Shown piece after piece: positions 10,609-22,042 of a stretch of 64,000 nt of DNA (positions are counted from its first letter, which is position 1; each line of letters opens with the position of its first letter). The position numbers and the translations under genes were made by a program. The notes under the pieces are model-generated. The model saw only the letters and a list, made by a program, of their open reading frames with translations. It did no database searches and had not been told where the DNA came from. The stretch is from Candidatus Poribacteria bacterium (GTDB lineage: Bacteria; Poribacteria; WGA-4E; PCPOR2b), in contig OZ240245.1 in assembly GCA_965198175.1 (NCBI GenBank), positions 544,001 to 608,000 of the forward strand. The letters run 5' to 3'.

Positions 10609-12453
10609 TCATGCTGTTTCATTCGACAAGTAAGGTGTCATATCCCACAGCAGGATGGTGCCATCAAAACTGCCACTCGCGAGCACGCGACCATCTGGCG
10701 AAAAGGCAAGCGACTGAACGTCGGTCGGATGTCCCCAAAAGGTCGCTATATTTTCACCACCCGTAACCTCCCATAAACGAATAGACACCTTCTCTGTGCC
10801 CTGCCACCACGCACCGGAGGCGAGATACCGTCCACATGGAGAAAATGTCAACGCAAACGGATTATGGCATCCCTGCGGCTGAAATATCGCCATGTGGGTT
10901 TCATAAGTTGTGGAATCCCACAACCGAATTTCGCGCCATAATCCACCGGCAATCATATCACCACGTGGAGAAAATGCGATTGCCCTAATTTTGACAGAGG
11001 CTTCCACTTCCTCTTCCAGCCATTTGAGGGCCCGCCGAATTCCACGAGCATCGCCTTTATACTTAGCAGTATCTAGGGGCAAGGTTAAGGGCAACTTAGC
11101 CACCTGCTTCCAATGTTCAACATCCCAAACTTGGGCGGTGTTGTCACGTGAAGCAATCGCCAGTCACTTTCCATCCGGCGAGAACGCTACCGAACAAATC
11201 CAATCCGTATGTCCCGTGAGCGTGCGTCTCTTGTCCCCGTGCGGCATATCCCAAGCTATCAGCATGCCCGCAGCATCCGCACTTACTAGCAAATCTCTTT
11301 TTGGGGAGAACGCGACTGCGTACACCGCTTTTTGATGTCCCTTGAACTCAGCAATCGGCGCGTCTGGTTTCCCAATATCCCATACCCTGACAGTGGTATC
11401 GTAGGAACTGGAAGCCAGTTTGTTTCCACCAGGGGAAAAATCAATGGAACGGGAACGAATTAAATCAGAATCCCCATCTGGAAATGTTACCAGCGGTTCG
11501 AGATGCTCAACATCCCATAACCTGATGCCGCCTGTCCAGTACCCAGCAGCCAAAGTTTCACCATCTGGAGAAAATTTTACTGACGTGCAAGGAGCGGTAT
11601 GCTCATGAATTACGGTTCCTATGGTAGAGCATTCTTCTACAGTCCACACCTGAACCGTGCGTGTGCCTGCTATTGCTAATTGCAAACCTGTGTTTGAAAA
11701 GCATATCGCATTGAGTCGCTGTTTATATTCCATAGCGCCCAACTTTTTATTGCGCTCTACATTCCACACGGCGAGGGTAGTATCATAAACCCCCGCAGCT
11801 AGCAGTGCGCCATCAGGCAAATAGAAGGGTGTCACCTGATACTTCGCGTATTCGGACGACCCCCTCACTTGCTGTCTGCTGTTGATGTCCCACTCCCACA
11901 ATGTGCCCGCTTTATCCCCGGAGGTTAGGAACTGGCTGCACGGCGAAAAGGAAACACCAGAGACCAAAGCGGTATGTCCGGTGAGGTGGGCGATGCGTTC
12001 ACCTACCTCAACATCCCACACTGAAAGGGTGTTGTCAGGTGTCGCGCAGGCAAGCAATTTTCCATTAGGCGAAAAGGAAAGCGGGATGAAGGGAGAATGC
12101 TGAATTGGCGACGCATTGGCAAATTTTGCAACTTCTTCCCCGGTTTCTGCGTGCCAGATGTAAACGGTATCGTAACCCCCACCGGAAGAGGCTAACAGTT
12201 GTCCATCGGGCGAAAAGGCGACAGCACGAACCACACCGCGTTCGGTATCCCACAACGCAAGGGGAGCCTTGGTGGACACATCGTATAACCAGAGCCCGAT
12301 ACGACTTCCGACAGCGAGCGTGTTCGCGCCTTGAGAGAGTGACAGATCTTGTACAACTCCCCGTCCTAATCGGGCAATTGCACCCTCTGGTAATGCCCAA
12401 GTGATTACATCAATGTTTGTATGTGCACCGTCGTTATTGACAGTCATTATCAA
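10609..12453 (-). pseudogene. WD40-repeat protein interrupted by one in-frame TGA
   Basis: ORFs 11164-12453 and 10609-11103 share a frame. Reading through gives FSPDGK*LAIASRDNTAQVWD, an intact WD40 unit with a stop at 11164-11166. Confidence 0.85.
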
Positions 12454-12734
12454 AACTGGCTCAGACGAAAGCAGAAACGCATCACATTGAGCGAAACAAT
12501 TGCCTGATGTACCATTCGTTCGGGCGTTTTAAGCGCAAGGTCCATTATCGTCTCAAAAAGCATTGAGATTATAGAGTTGACGATACCTTGTTTGCACGCT
12601 TTCGTGTCAATGGTGACGAGTTGACATTTTAAATCTCGGCGGGATGCAAGAAAATATCGTTAGTTAGGCGATACCCTCGAAGGAAGTAATGCATCGTTGT
12701 TGGGCTTACTTCAAAACGAGACTAGATTTCACAG

Positions 12735-12770
12735 AAATAAGGACAACCGGATTGGGATGCCCTTATTTAT
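12735..12770 (-). terminator. Probable intrinsic terminator
   Basis: AAATAAGG...CCTTATTT inverted repeat just downstream of the stop at 12782. Confidence 0.55.
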
Positions 12771-12781
12771 CTATGTATTGA

Positions 12782-13247
12782 TTAAAATTCGCGTTTGATA
12801 TCTCCCCACTTTGCCGCTAACTTCCCTTGCGGTTCTACGGAGACCACATCTGGCGCATCCACGTTCGGATCTCGTGCCTGTTCCATGGTTGCCCAAAACA
12901 TATCAATATAGGCTCGCTCCCGGTCAACGACGTGCCAAGTGTGGCTGCCAGCAGAGATTTCTAGACCCACTCGATTTTCTGTGAGTTGATCGACCTCTAA
13001 GCCTGGAAATGGACCGTTGCGGCTATTGATTGGGTACCACAACCAATCGGAACTCCAAGTAAACTGACTTCCCTCGAAGAGATCCCAGATATTTAGGGAA
13101 GGACTCTGATCGTTATTACCAGCCTCAATATCTAGTCCCCAATGCCACGCATTTTCTGCCCTCGTCGGTGCAATGGCTCTTGCCCAGATGTACCATGTTC
13201 CGGTCGCAGGAACGTTGAACTCATGCTTGATCCAGTCGCCGTCGCAT
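12782..13247 (-). pseudogene. Internally deleted paralog of the secreted 'EAEDF/VEPQGKLA' family
   Basis: Homology continues upstream of the listed ORF (CDGDWIKHEFNVPATGTWYIWARAIAPT...) to 13246. The AAGGAG-ATGCGA start at 13247 is out of frame; signal peptide and N-terminal third are missing. Confidence 0.8.
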
Positions 13248-13445
13248 AAACCTTCTCCTTGTGCTGTTTGTGGTTAGAAATGTGACCATCCAATCCTCCT
13301 CAATAGGACGATCCCTTCTGATTGTGTTATGGTGAAACTCATGACCTGAATAGTCACGTAGCACTACAAATGGCGCTAGACGTCATCAATTTTAACAGCA
13401 CCAACTACATTTCATTATAGCATGAACCCCAAAAAATACAAGCGC

Positions 13446-13474
13446 AAAAAAAGGGTGCCCATTAGGACACCCTG
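13446..13474 (-). terminator. Intrinsic terminator
   Basis: AGGGTG-CC...GG-ACACCCT hairpin followed by a T-tract on the minus strand, after the 13509 stop. Confidence 0.65.
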
Positions 13475-13508
13475 AACTAGCTGTTTAAGTTATGTCTTAA
13501 CGTATTGG

Positions 13509-14258
13509 TTAAAATCCGCGTTTAATATCTCCCCACTTTGCCGCTAATTTCCCCTGCGGATCCACGGAAACCGGTGAATCCACGTTCGGGTCACGAGCTT
13601 GTTCCATTGTTGCCCAAACATGATCTATTTGGGAGTGTTCTCGGTAGCTGAAGTGGAGGATATGGGTACCAGCCGAAAGCTCCACGCCCTCTCGATCAGC
13701 GGTATACTGACCAGCCTCTCCTCCGGGATGCGGCCCTCTGCGGCTAACTAACGGACGCCACGTCCAATCAAGCGTGAATCGGTCGTGGAGGGACGCGTCC
13801 TCAAGAACATCCCAGACGTTCATCGGACCGTCACCGCCGAAATCGTCGGAAACGACGTCTTCATCCGCCAAATCGAACGCCCAAAACCACGAATTGTCTG
13901 CTTGTGTCGCAACGACGGCGAGTGCCCAGAGGTACCATTTCCCTGTTGCAGGAACACTGATTGAATATTTTACCCAACTACCATCGCCACAGCAGGCGTC
14001 CGGTCCATCTGGCCATCCGATGAAAGCGTTGCCGACAGCTTCCGTGATGGTATACTCCCGATTTTCCGGAAGCTCCGGTGCCCTGGCTGGGTTGTCCGAT
14101 GCCACGGTTGTGAACGGAGGCGTGATGATCTGCCACCGCTCTCCACTTGAAGCGATGAAATCTTCTGCCGCAAATTGGAACTCTTGCGCGCTCGCCTCGT
14201 ATGCAACAATGCTCAAAAGAGCAAGGCTAACTAGCGTGAAAAAGGTAATGAATCGCAT
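13509..14258 (-). CDS. Secreted family paralog with C-terminal VDPQGKLAAKWG motif
   Basis: Start MRFITFF with GGAGG RBS; signal peptide; shared domain. Confidence 0.8.
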   Translation of the reverse strand: MRFITFFTLVSLALLSIVAYEASAQEFQFAAEDFIASSGERWQIITPPFTTVASDNPARAPELPENREYTITEAVGNAFIGWPDGPDACCGDGSWVKYSISVPATGKWYLWALAVVATQADNSWFWAFDLADEDVVSDDFGGDGPMNVWDVLEDASLHDRFTLDWTWRPLVSRRGPHPGGEAGQYTADREGVELSAGTHILHFSYREHSQIDHVWATMEQARDPNVDSPVSVDPQGKLAAKWGDIKRGF

Positions 14259-14355
14259 AAGTGACCTCCAAATGTTATAGTCGACTTTGAAAAACGTCAA
14301 TTTTGTTGGAATGTCCGGTAATACCATAATTGATGCTGGTTACACAAGGGTGAAA

Positions 14356-15075
14356 TTAGTATATTCGTTGCTTGAGATCTGCCCAGGTTATCGCTAATTT
14401 CCCCTGCGACTCAACGGCTATGGGTTCGGTCTCATTGGCGTTGAAATTCGCATCTGTTGTTATGTAAAAGGCATCTAAATAAGCTCCGTCCTCTCGGTCC
14501 ATAACGTGCAGGGTATGAACACCAGCGGATAATTCAAGGGGCGTTGCATCACCGACGCCAGAAAATGGACCACCGCGACTGCCCGCACGGAACCACGCCC
14601 ACTCATGTATTGCCCCCTCCGGGGGTGGGTTGCCAAGCGGGAAATTCTGTGACGAACCAGCGGCTTCATTAAGATCTATGATGTTGATCTGATCGTTATC
14701 TGCTGAAATAGCGTCATCATCAGCGATATCTATGGCCCAGAAGAAAGAATTGTCGCTGGCGGGTGGACCAATAGCTTTGAACCAGAGATACCAATCCCCT
14801 GTCACTGGAGCACTAAACGCATACTTGAACCAAGAATTAGAGCTACCCCCTGAACCGTTTGTCGAACCGAGAAATGCGCCGCCGGAAGCCTCAGCAATTG
14901 TATATTCCCCCCCATTGGTCTCTGTGTGTGGAGGATTGAAAATCTGCATGCCATCACCACTTCGGGCTGTGAAATTTTCTGCCTCCCAGCCTCTCTGATG
15001 CTGGGCATGTGACGGGCAAACAATAACGCTCAAGGCGACAATACTAGCTAATGTGAAAAAGGTGAGTAATCGCAT
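14356..15075 (-). CDS. Secreted family paralog with C-terminal VESQGKLAITWA motif
   Basis: MRLLTFFTL signal peptide, WEAENF, DNSFFW, REDGAYLD. Confidence 0.8.
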   Translation of the reverse strand: MRLLTFFTLASIVALSVIVCPSHAQHQRGWEAENFTARSGDGMQIFNPPHTETNGGEYTIAEASGGAFLGSTNGSGGSSNSWFKYAFSAPVTGDWYLWFKAIGPPASDNSFFWAIDIADDDAISADNDQINIIDLNEAAGSSQNFPLGNPPPEGAIHEWAWFRAGSRGGPFSGVGDATPLELSAGVHTLHVMDREDGAYLDAFYITTDANFNANETEPIAVESQGKLAITWADLKQRIY

Positions 15076-15304
15076 TTATATCTCCCTTCAAGATGTTATT
15101 AATTTCGAACTGCACCAATCCAGAATGTCCTATTATAGCATAAATCCGAAAAAATGCCAATAAAAAGCGACGTTGTCTGTCCTATTTCCACTAACGTGAG
15201 TACGCACGTTGTGGGAAATTGCTCGCTCAATAACCTCCAACATACCCTCTCAGGTAAAATTCGTTAATCTTGAAATTATACTTAACACCTCAGTCAAGGG
15301 ATAA

Positions 15305-16789
15305 TTATTCTTCTTGTCTAAGGTCTGCCCATATTGTCGCTAATCTCCCGTGCGGTTCAACGGATAGCTTGCCATCAGGAGGTGTTTCATTGGCGTCGAA
15401 TGCCTTATCTGTCGTTGCAAAAACGGCATCCAAATACGCTCCATCCTCTCGATGAATGAGATGAAACGTATGTTTACCCGCTGTCAACGCCAGGGGTGTT
15501 GGGTTGTCATAAGAGCCCCTGCCTGGGAAAGGTCCGCTGCGACTGCTCAACCGGTACCACGTCCACTGATGTAATATATTCGCCGGCGCTGGATTGCCAA
15601 ACGGGAAATTCACTGACTCCCCGGCTGCCTCATTGAAATCCCATATGTTGACTTTACCATTGTCCTCTGATTTCGCATCTGCATCACGAATATCCACCCC
15701 CCAGAAGAACGAATTGTTGCTACTCGGAGGCCCGATGACCCTTCCCCAGAAGTACCAATCCCCTGCTACTGAGGAATTAAACACATACTTGAGCCAGGAG
15801 TTCGAATTACCCCCTGTACCGTTTTCTGAACCGACAAACGCGTTACCAGATGCTTCAACAATTCTATACTGTACGTTATTCGCACCTGTTTCCTGATGCG
15901 GAGGATTGAACAGCCCAATACCATTTCCATTCTTTGCAGTGAAATTTTCTGCTTCCCAGAAGATAACCCTCCCTCCGGTAATTAACGGGTGTCTTGTGGG
16001 CGGTGATGTAATCTCATCAGGGGGCGGTGCAATAACCTCAAAAGAAAGGAGGACGGAAGATCCCATAACGTTCCCCGCTAAATCCCTAACGCCGAGAACG
16101 GCTAGGGTGTGCTTTCCAACTGTCATTGGCTTCTGCGGTTTAAAAATTGCCACTGCGCCCCCAACCTCCACGACCCCTTCAATACCGGAAACCACGATGC
16201 CCGCCTGCGCTGAAACAGGATCCACTTCTTCATCAAAACGCACCACAAGGCTACCTGTCGCTTTCACGGACCCGCCTTCGGTAGGAATAGTATTCACAAC
16301 CCTCGGTGGTATAACGTCTGCGGGTTGTTGTGTGATATCGACTTCAACCGCGTTGAAAAAGATTGAAAAAGGCGTCATTAATGTATTGTCTTCCAAATCC
16401 TCAATACCCAAAACCGTCAGGACATAAGCTCCGGTTGTCATCTGCTCTGTGGGTGTGAACTTGACTGCACGGCTCTGCTGCTCAAGGGTGATAACCCCCT
16501 TGATAACCTCTGCGTCGATGACGGATCGAACTGAGATTCCCCGTTGTGCGGAGGTTAGATGGACTCTCTTGCTGAATACGAGGATAATAGGCGTATTCAC
16601 AGGAATCGGCCCACCTTGTACATTAGTAGCTATAAGCGTAGGTGGTGTGGTATTTTTGACAAAGATTGGCGCCGGTGTTTCCTCTTCGCCGCAACCCGAT
16701 AGGCATAACCAGATACCGATGAAGGAAAAAATCGTAGCCTGCTTCAGGGATAGTTTACAATTCAGTTTACACTTCCGTTTGGCGAACAT
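15305..16789 (-). CDS. Lipoprotein with two SbsA/Big_5-like Ig domains plus the family domain and VEPHGRLATIWA motif
   Basis: GGAGG RBS before MFAKRK; lipobox LSGC; two 'PP.V..T.P...F...V....D..GN' Ig-like units; C-terminal domain similar to 14356-15075. Confidence 0.75.
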   Translation of the reverse strand: MFAKRKCKLNCKLSLKQATIFSFIGIWLCLSGCGEEETPAPIFVKNTTPPTLIATNVQGGPIPVNTPIILVFSKRVHLTSAQRGISVRSVIDAEVIKGVITLEQQSRAVKFTPTEQMTTGAYVLTVLGIEDLEDNTLMTPFSIFFNAVEVDITQQPADVIPPRVVNTIPTEGGSVKATGSLVVRFDEEVDPVSAQAGIVVSGIEGVVEVGGAVAIFKPQKPMTVGKHTLAVLGVRDLAGNVMGSSVLLSFEVIAPPPDEITSPPTRHPLITGGRVIFWEAENFTAKNGNGIGLFNPPHQETGANNVQYRIVEASGNAFVGSENGTGGNSNSWLKYVFNSSVAGDWYFWGRVIGPPSSNNSFFWGVDIRDADAKSEDNGKVNIWDFNEAAGESVNFPFGNPAPANILHQWTWYRLSSRSGPFPGRGSYDNPTPLALTAGKHTFHLIHREDGAYLDAVFATTDKAFDANETPPDGKLSVEPHGRLATIWADLRQEE

Positions 16790-16943
16790 TGCAAACCTCC
16801 TTTTCGCGTGTTGCGGCTTGGATTCAGTAACTTGCGTTCGCCTCAATCCGCTAGCTCCCAGTCGATGTATTTTCGTGTTGCGCAGCGACAAGTGCCCATA
16901 TGTCGATTCATGGTAGACAGATGAAAGTGCGTTTGCACATACG

Positions 16944-18863
16944 TTAGAGGTTCGCAATCAGCACCGGCTCTACCGAATCGACAAGCGCAAAGCCGAAGAC
17001 TTTTGCGTAAAAGTAGAGTTCAGCTTCTAGGGCGCGCTTGATATTTTCGGCGCGGCGAAAGCCGTGCTGCTCGCCTTCAAACGGAATGTATGCGACAGGC
17101 AATCCCTGTGCACGCAGCGCCTCAACCATTAACTCCGCCTGATTGGGAGGAACAACTTTATCCTCAAGGCCGTGAAAGAAAATCAGCGGGCACGATAGCT
17201 GATTAGTGAAATGAATTGGCGAGCTTTCCCGGTAGAGATCGCGTTGCTCCGGATAAGGGCCAATCAAGTTATCTAAGTAGCGGGATTCAAACTTGTGTGT
17301 GTCTTGTACCAGTGCCTCAAGGTCGCTCACACCGTAGTAGCTTGCACCCGCCTTGAAGATGTCGCGGAAGGTCAACGCGCAGAGCGTCGTGTAACCTCCC
17401 GCACTGCCGCCACGAATAGCAATTCGGTCCTCGTCAACCGCGCCGCGTGCGACGAGGTAGCGCACGCCGTTCACACAGTCATCAACATCAACAGTTCCCC
17501 ACTGACCGTTAAGCCGCTGACGATATGCACGTCCATAGCCGGTGCTGCCGCCATAGTTCACGTCGAGTACAGCAATACCTCGGCTCGTCAAGTATTGAAT
17601 CTCCAAGTCAAACGCTGTCGAAGTCGCCCCGGTTGGTCCGCCATGACTTACAACAATCAGCGGTGGACGTTCACTGAATGGGGGTGTATAGTCTCGGTTT
17701 TGGGGTGGATAGAAGAAAGCATGCGCTGTTAGCCCGTGCTCAGTCGGGAACTCAATTGCTTGGGGCACGGACAGATACCTAATGTCAATCACTACATTGC
17801 TTGAATGGCGCAAGACCGCCATCCGGCGCGTGGCGAGGTCGAGCCGGACAACAGATACCGGTGCAGTTGGTGAGCCTGCATAGAAAACAGCGCATCCAGA
17901 ACCACATCGGAGAAACGAGATTTCTGAGTACGGCGTCTCAATCCGTTCGAGCTCACCTGTAGTTGTATTGAGAATCCCCAGATGCCAGATTCCTCGCACG
18001 TTGTAGGCGCAAATGATGCGATTGGCTGATTCAAATGCATAAGTGGACATCCCGAACAACCACTGCGCCCTTCCAAACTCCGCCTCGATTTGATACTGCG
18101 GCTCGATATGTCCATCGCGCCAGCGGTAGAGATTCCACCAGCCAGTTCGATCGGAGACATAGTGCAGCACGCCATCCGGTGACCACTCGGGTTGGAAAAT
18201 TGACTCATCTGGACCGCCTGCAACCTGTACGATTTGACCGATAGATCCATCGTCCCTAACCTCGCCGACCCAGAGTTCGCATCCGTCCCACGGCATGTTC
18301 GGATGGCTCCAGGTGAGCCATGCGAGCTGAGCCCCATCCGGACTCAGACGCGGACTAGCGTAAAAGTCACACCCAGAGACAAGCACCTGTGCCTCCGGTG
18401 TATCCGAAAGCTTGACAGCAACGAGACTGTTGACGGCTTCGTGTTCGACATCAGTATGGTCCTCGCACACACAGATTAACCGGTTGCGGCGGCGGTCAAT
18501 AATGCCATCTGCATAGCGCAGCGGGACATTGGGCGTAATCGGATACGGCGCGCTACCAGACTTCTGACCGTACAGACGTTGATCTGTGTAGTTCGAGAAG
18601 TAAATTGTCCCGCCACTGACGACAAATGCTCCGCCTCCATACTCGTGAACACGCGTGCGAGCGTTAAAAGGGACAGGCGTCATATCGGTTGTTCGTCCTT
18701 CTGGTGTACGTTGAACGATGACGTACCGGCCCCCCTCCGTTGGACGGCTCTCAACCCAGTAGACATCCTCTCCATCAAGCGTTAGTCCTCCAAACCGGGT
18801 GGTTTCAGACACGATAACATCTGTAGTGATTGGCGATTTCCATGAGCCGTAAGGTGCGACCAT
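16944..18863 (-). CDS. S9 family peptidase (dipeptidyl aminopeptidase/acylaminoacyl peptidase)
   Basis: [11 protein letters not shown]-terminus, HGGPT, GGSAGGY nucleophile, D (EDKVV) and H (EQHGF) triad. Confidence 0.93.
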   Translation of the reverse strand: MVAPYGSWKSPITTDVIVSETTRFGGLTLDGEDVYWVESRPTEGGRYVIVQRTPEGRTTDMTPVPFNARTRVHEYGGGAFVVSGGTIYFSNYTDQRLYGQKSGSAPYPITPNVPLRYADGIIDRRRNRLICVCEDHTDVEHEAVNSLVAVKLSDTPEAQVLVSGCDFYASPRLSPDGAQLAWLTWSHPNMPWDGCELWVGEVRDDGSIGQIVQVAGGPDESIFQPEWSPDGVLHYVSDRTGWWNLYRWRDGHIEPQYQIEAEFGRAQWLFGMSTYAFESANRIICAYNVRGIWHLGILNTTTGELERIETPYSEISFLRCGSGCAVFYAGSPTAPVSVVRLDLATRRMAVLRHSSNVVIDIRYLSVPQAIEFPTEHGLTAHAFFYPPQNRDYTPPFSERPPLIVVSHGGPTGATSTAFDLEIQYLTSRGIAVLDVNYGGSTGYGRAYRQRLNGQWGTVDVDDCVNGVRYLVARGAVDEDRIAIRGGSAGGYTTLCALTFRDIFKAGASYYGVSDLEALVQDTHKFESRYLDNLIGPYPEQRDLYRESSPIHFTNQLSCPLIFFHGLEDKVVPPNQAELMVEALRAQGLPVAYIPFEGEQHGFRRAENIKRALEAELYFYAKVFGFALVDSVEPVLIANL

Positions 18864-19388
18864 ACGCTTCCTTTCAGGTAAAAATCGTGAAACAGAAGTA
18901 TCGTTTTATGGTATTCGGGCCTACTGACAATATTCCGCACGAAAAAGCCCCTTCTCTGATTTCTCGAGAGAAGGAGCCAATAGACCTACCGGTTGTTGAA
19001 CTTACCGCAACCAGCTCGTTTCGCACACTGCTCAAGATAGATTTTCGCTACTTGCGCTGTAAACGCGACAGTGACCAGTTGGTCAACCAGTGACTTCCCC
19101 TTCTATCCAGCGCAACTACTATCTGTTTATCAACGTTACGACATTATACTCGACCGCTCGCATCACGTCAACAAAAAAGCCCCTCCCAGGAAGTGGAAGG
19201 GGCATCCCAAACAAGGGGTTCAGGGAGACCAGTTTGGCAGTGAACAGGATGCTGTTGAGACGATTGCCTATTAACTTAACCATATTCGGGCTATTCTGAG
19301 AACCGGGACAACATCTATTTAGAGGCCATGGCGAAACATCGCCTAAAGAGGTAGAACGATACTTCAGACGGTAGGAGTCGATTTCTAC

Positions 19389-19418
19389 TTGTCCAATTCG
19401 ACTACTTGGCTTTATAAT
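19389..19418 (+). promoter_or_regulatory. Probable sigma70 promoter of the ABC operon
   Basis: TTGTCC-18 bp-TATAAT. Confidence 0.5.
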
Positions 19419-19496
19419 ACTGGAGATAAGAATAGATTATTGTGTTCGACAATTCAAGCGTAATGATATTCTGCTTAATGCAAACGCCATCACTTT

Positions 19497-20255
19497 ATGA
19501 TTACGACAACAAATCTTACCAAATGTTTTGGCAAGCTCACAGCCATTGGTGGCCTGACGATGCAGATTGAATCCGGTGAACTCTTTGGCTTCCTGGGTCC
19601 AAACGGTGCTGGAAAAACCACAACAATCAACATGCTAACAGGCTTAATCCGCCCAACACTAGGAACGGCGACGATTTGCGGTTATGATATTCAAGCCCAG
19701 GGACTACAGGCAAAGGCGATTACAGGACTTATGCCCGACACTCCCTATCTCTATGATACGCTGACGGGACGGCAGTATGTCCGTTTCATTGCAGATTTAT
19801 ACGAGATGCCTTCCCAACGATCTGAGAAACGCATGGAGGAACTGTTGGAGATGTTGGATCTGATTGATGTAGCGGATGAGTTAATCAAAAGCTATTCCTA
19901 CGGCATGCAGAAAAAGATTCTCTTGACCGCCGTGCTGGTGCACGAACCGCGTGTACTATTTCTTGATGAACCGACAAGTGGACTTGACCCCAAAAGCGCT
20001 CGCACAGTGAAGGAGATTTTGCGCCTTCTTTGTGATCGCGGTTGCACTGTGTTCATGAGTACGCATATCCTGGAGATTGCAGAGCGGGTCTGCGACCGAA
20101 TCGGTATCATCAACAAAGGGAAACTTGTCGCGGTCGGTACGATGGACGAACTGCGTCAGACCAATGCAGCGATGGATAGGAACCTAGAGGAAATCTTTCT
20201 TGAACTCACAGGGGGCGTTGAGGATAGAGAGATGGTGAAAATTCTATCGGAATAG
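19497..20255 (+). CDS. ABC transporter ATP-binding protein (ABC-2 exporter type)
   Basis: Walker A GPNGAGKTT, signature YSYGMQKK, Walker B LFLDEPTSGLD. Confidence 0.95.
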   Translation: MITTTNLTKCFGKLTAIGGLTMQIESGELFGFLGPNGAGKTTTINMLTGLIRPTLGTATICGYDIQAQGLQAKAITGLMPDTPYLYDTLTGRQYVRFIADLYEMPSQRSEKRMEELLEMLDLIDVADELIKSYSYGMQKKILLTAVLVHEPRVLFLDEPTSGLDPKSARTVKEILRLLCDRGCTVFMSTHILEIAERVCDRIGIINKGKLVAVGTMDELRQTNAAMDRNLEEIFLELTGGVEDREMVKILSE

Positions 20256-20304
20256 TTGCAGGTAATCTGTGTAATTCTACGCATCTGTGTTCTAATTACC
20301 AATC

Positions 20305-21951
20305 ATGCACACATTAGCAATTTTACTCAAAAGCAGTTGGTACGGTTGGGCAAATGGCTTTCGATGCGCTTCGGAGGAGAAACGTAAGAAGATTGGAGAG
20401 ATTATCGGTTTCTTCGTGCTGATTGCTGCCCTCTACTGGCTGGGTCGCGCAGTATTCAGAGCGGCGGAAATCCAACTGAGCGATGCGTATGGAACAACTA
20501 TTTTAAACTTAATCAACATCTTCATGACACTTGGTGTATGTATCATGATGAAGGATGCGATGGAAGGCGCATTGAAGCAACTCTACGAAGCACCGGATAC
20601 ACCACTACTCATATCATCACCCCTGCCGCCTTCTACCGTTTTTGGGTTTAAATTAATCCAAATCATCGCCTCCAGTTTCCTGAGTATGGTCATCTGGCTA
20701 CTCCCACCTTGGTTTGCGCTCGGTCAGTTGTTTCATCTGCCCTGGCATTTCTACCTTGCGCTTCTACCGGCGTGTTTCTGCTTGCTTGTCATCATTGTCA
20801 GCGTAATTTCCATATTAACTTTGTTGATTGTGCACTTTTTTTCGTCGCGTCTGATGATAAAATTCTTAAAAATTCTCGGTTCGACCATTGGAGTAACCGC
20901 AGGATTTCTTATATCAGTAAGCTTCCTCGCCCCGGACCTGGCTGCCCGGTTCACCCTCGACTGGTTGGAAGTACCGACATCGGATTGGCTTCCTCACCTA
21001 TGGGTGGCAAAATTGATGATGGCTTGGCTTCCTGAATCGAGAACGCCCGCTTTGCGTTGGGCGACCCAACTGGTTGGTGTGGGTGCAGGGGTATCAGTTT
21101 TGAGTGTGCTCATTGCCTCCAAGGTTTACTATCGAAGTTGGGAGTATGCTAGACGAGTGGAAGTGAAGGCTGATCGAAAAGGGAAAAAACGATTCGGTAA
21201 CTCCTTCGTAGGGCGTGGGCAGATTCGTTCGATGCTAGCGAAAGATTTTCTGGTGTTTGTGCGGAATAGGAAACAGATGACAACGGTTGTCATATTGACA
21301 TTAATCGTCTTAGTAGGAATGGTTCTGACAGCTACTAAAATTCGGGATAGTGGTGCAGAGGATCGAGACGCCTACATCTTACTGGGAATCCAAATCATAA
21401 TTTATAGCGTGATGGCTAGTGTGATGACAACGCTAGAGTTCACATGGGGCGGGTTCAAAGCCGAGGCGAAAACCTGGTGGATCCTAAAATCAGGACCGGT
21501 TTCACCAGAGTTACTTTTCAAGAGCAAAATTTTGATAGCAACCTTTTGCTCGGTTGCTTACACAAATGTCTGTTTTTGCCTGTGGCTGATTCTGTTTCGG
21601 GTATCCCTGGTACTGTGGTTGCCAATCCTAATGGTCACAACAATTACGACAGCTGCTGCGATTGCATTCAACACCGCGATGGGTGCGCTGCCTTGGGTGG
21701 CGGAGATCGGAGAATCATATCGGGATTCGAGAAAAAGGCCAGTTACCCGAATCGCGACAATTCTTTTGACAATTGTTACTAATGCTGTGTTGCTGAGTCC
21801 TGCACTTGTTTGGGGAATTGTTGTGCTTAGCGAAGAGTCGATTAGGATGCTGCAGGGAATCGGTATTGCTGTAACCTTGATAGTGATGATTGGGGTTTGG
21901 AGGTTATCTTATCTGTCTGGCAAGCGATCACTACGCAAATTGCTGAGTTAG
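20305..21951 (+). CDS. Putative ABC transporter permease
   Basis: About 12-14 hydrophobic segments, 'LISSPLP', 'KDFLVFVRN'; adjacent to the ATPase. Confidence 0.8.
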   Translation: MHTLAILLKSSWYGWANGFRCASEEKRKKIGEIIGFFVLIAALYWLGRAVFRAAEIQLSDAYGTTILNLINIFMTLGVCIMMKDAMEGALKQLYEAPDTPLLISSPLPPSTVFGFKLIQIIASSFLSMVIWLLPPWFALGQLFHLPWHFYLALLPACFCLLVIIVSVISILTLLIVHFFSSRLMIKFLKILGSTIGVTAGFLISVSFLAPDLAARFTLDWLEVPTSDWLPHLWVAKLMMAWLPESRTPALRWATQLVGVGAGVSVLSVLIASKVYYRSWEYARRVEVKADRKGKKRFGNSFVGRGQIRSMLAKDFLVFVRNRKQMTTVVILTLIVLVGMVLTATKIRDSGAEDRDAYILLGIQIIIYSVMASVMTTLEFTWGGFKAEAKTWWILKSGPVSPELLFKSKILIATFCSVAYTNVCFCLWLILFRVSLVLWLPILMVTTITTAAAIAFNTAMGALPWVAEIGESYRDSRKRPVTRIATILLTIVTNAVLLSPALVWGIVVLSEESIRMLQGIGIAVTLIVMIGVWRLSYLSGKRSLRKLLS

Positions 21952-22042
21952 AATGCGGATTGATAGGATAGCACGAACTAAACAAACCTAATGCGCCGCG
22001 CGCCACGTTTTACGTTGAACTTCATTTCATGTGGGAGGGAGA

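Noticed and set aside
11164..11166. Genome-wide TGA recoding or selenocysteine
   Set aside because: TGA ends ordinary genes here (e.g. 6246, 22558, 28807), and the position aligns with Arg, not Cys/Trp/Gly.
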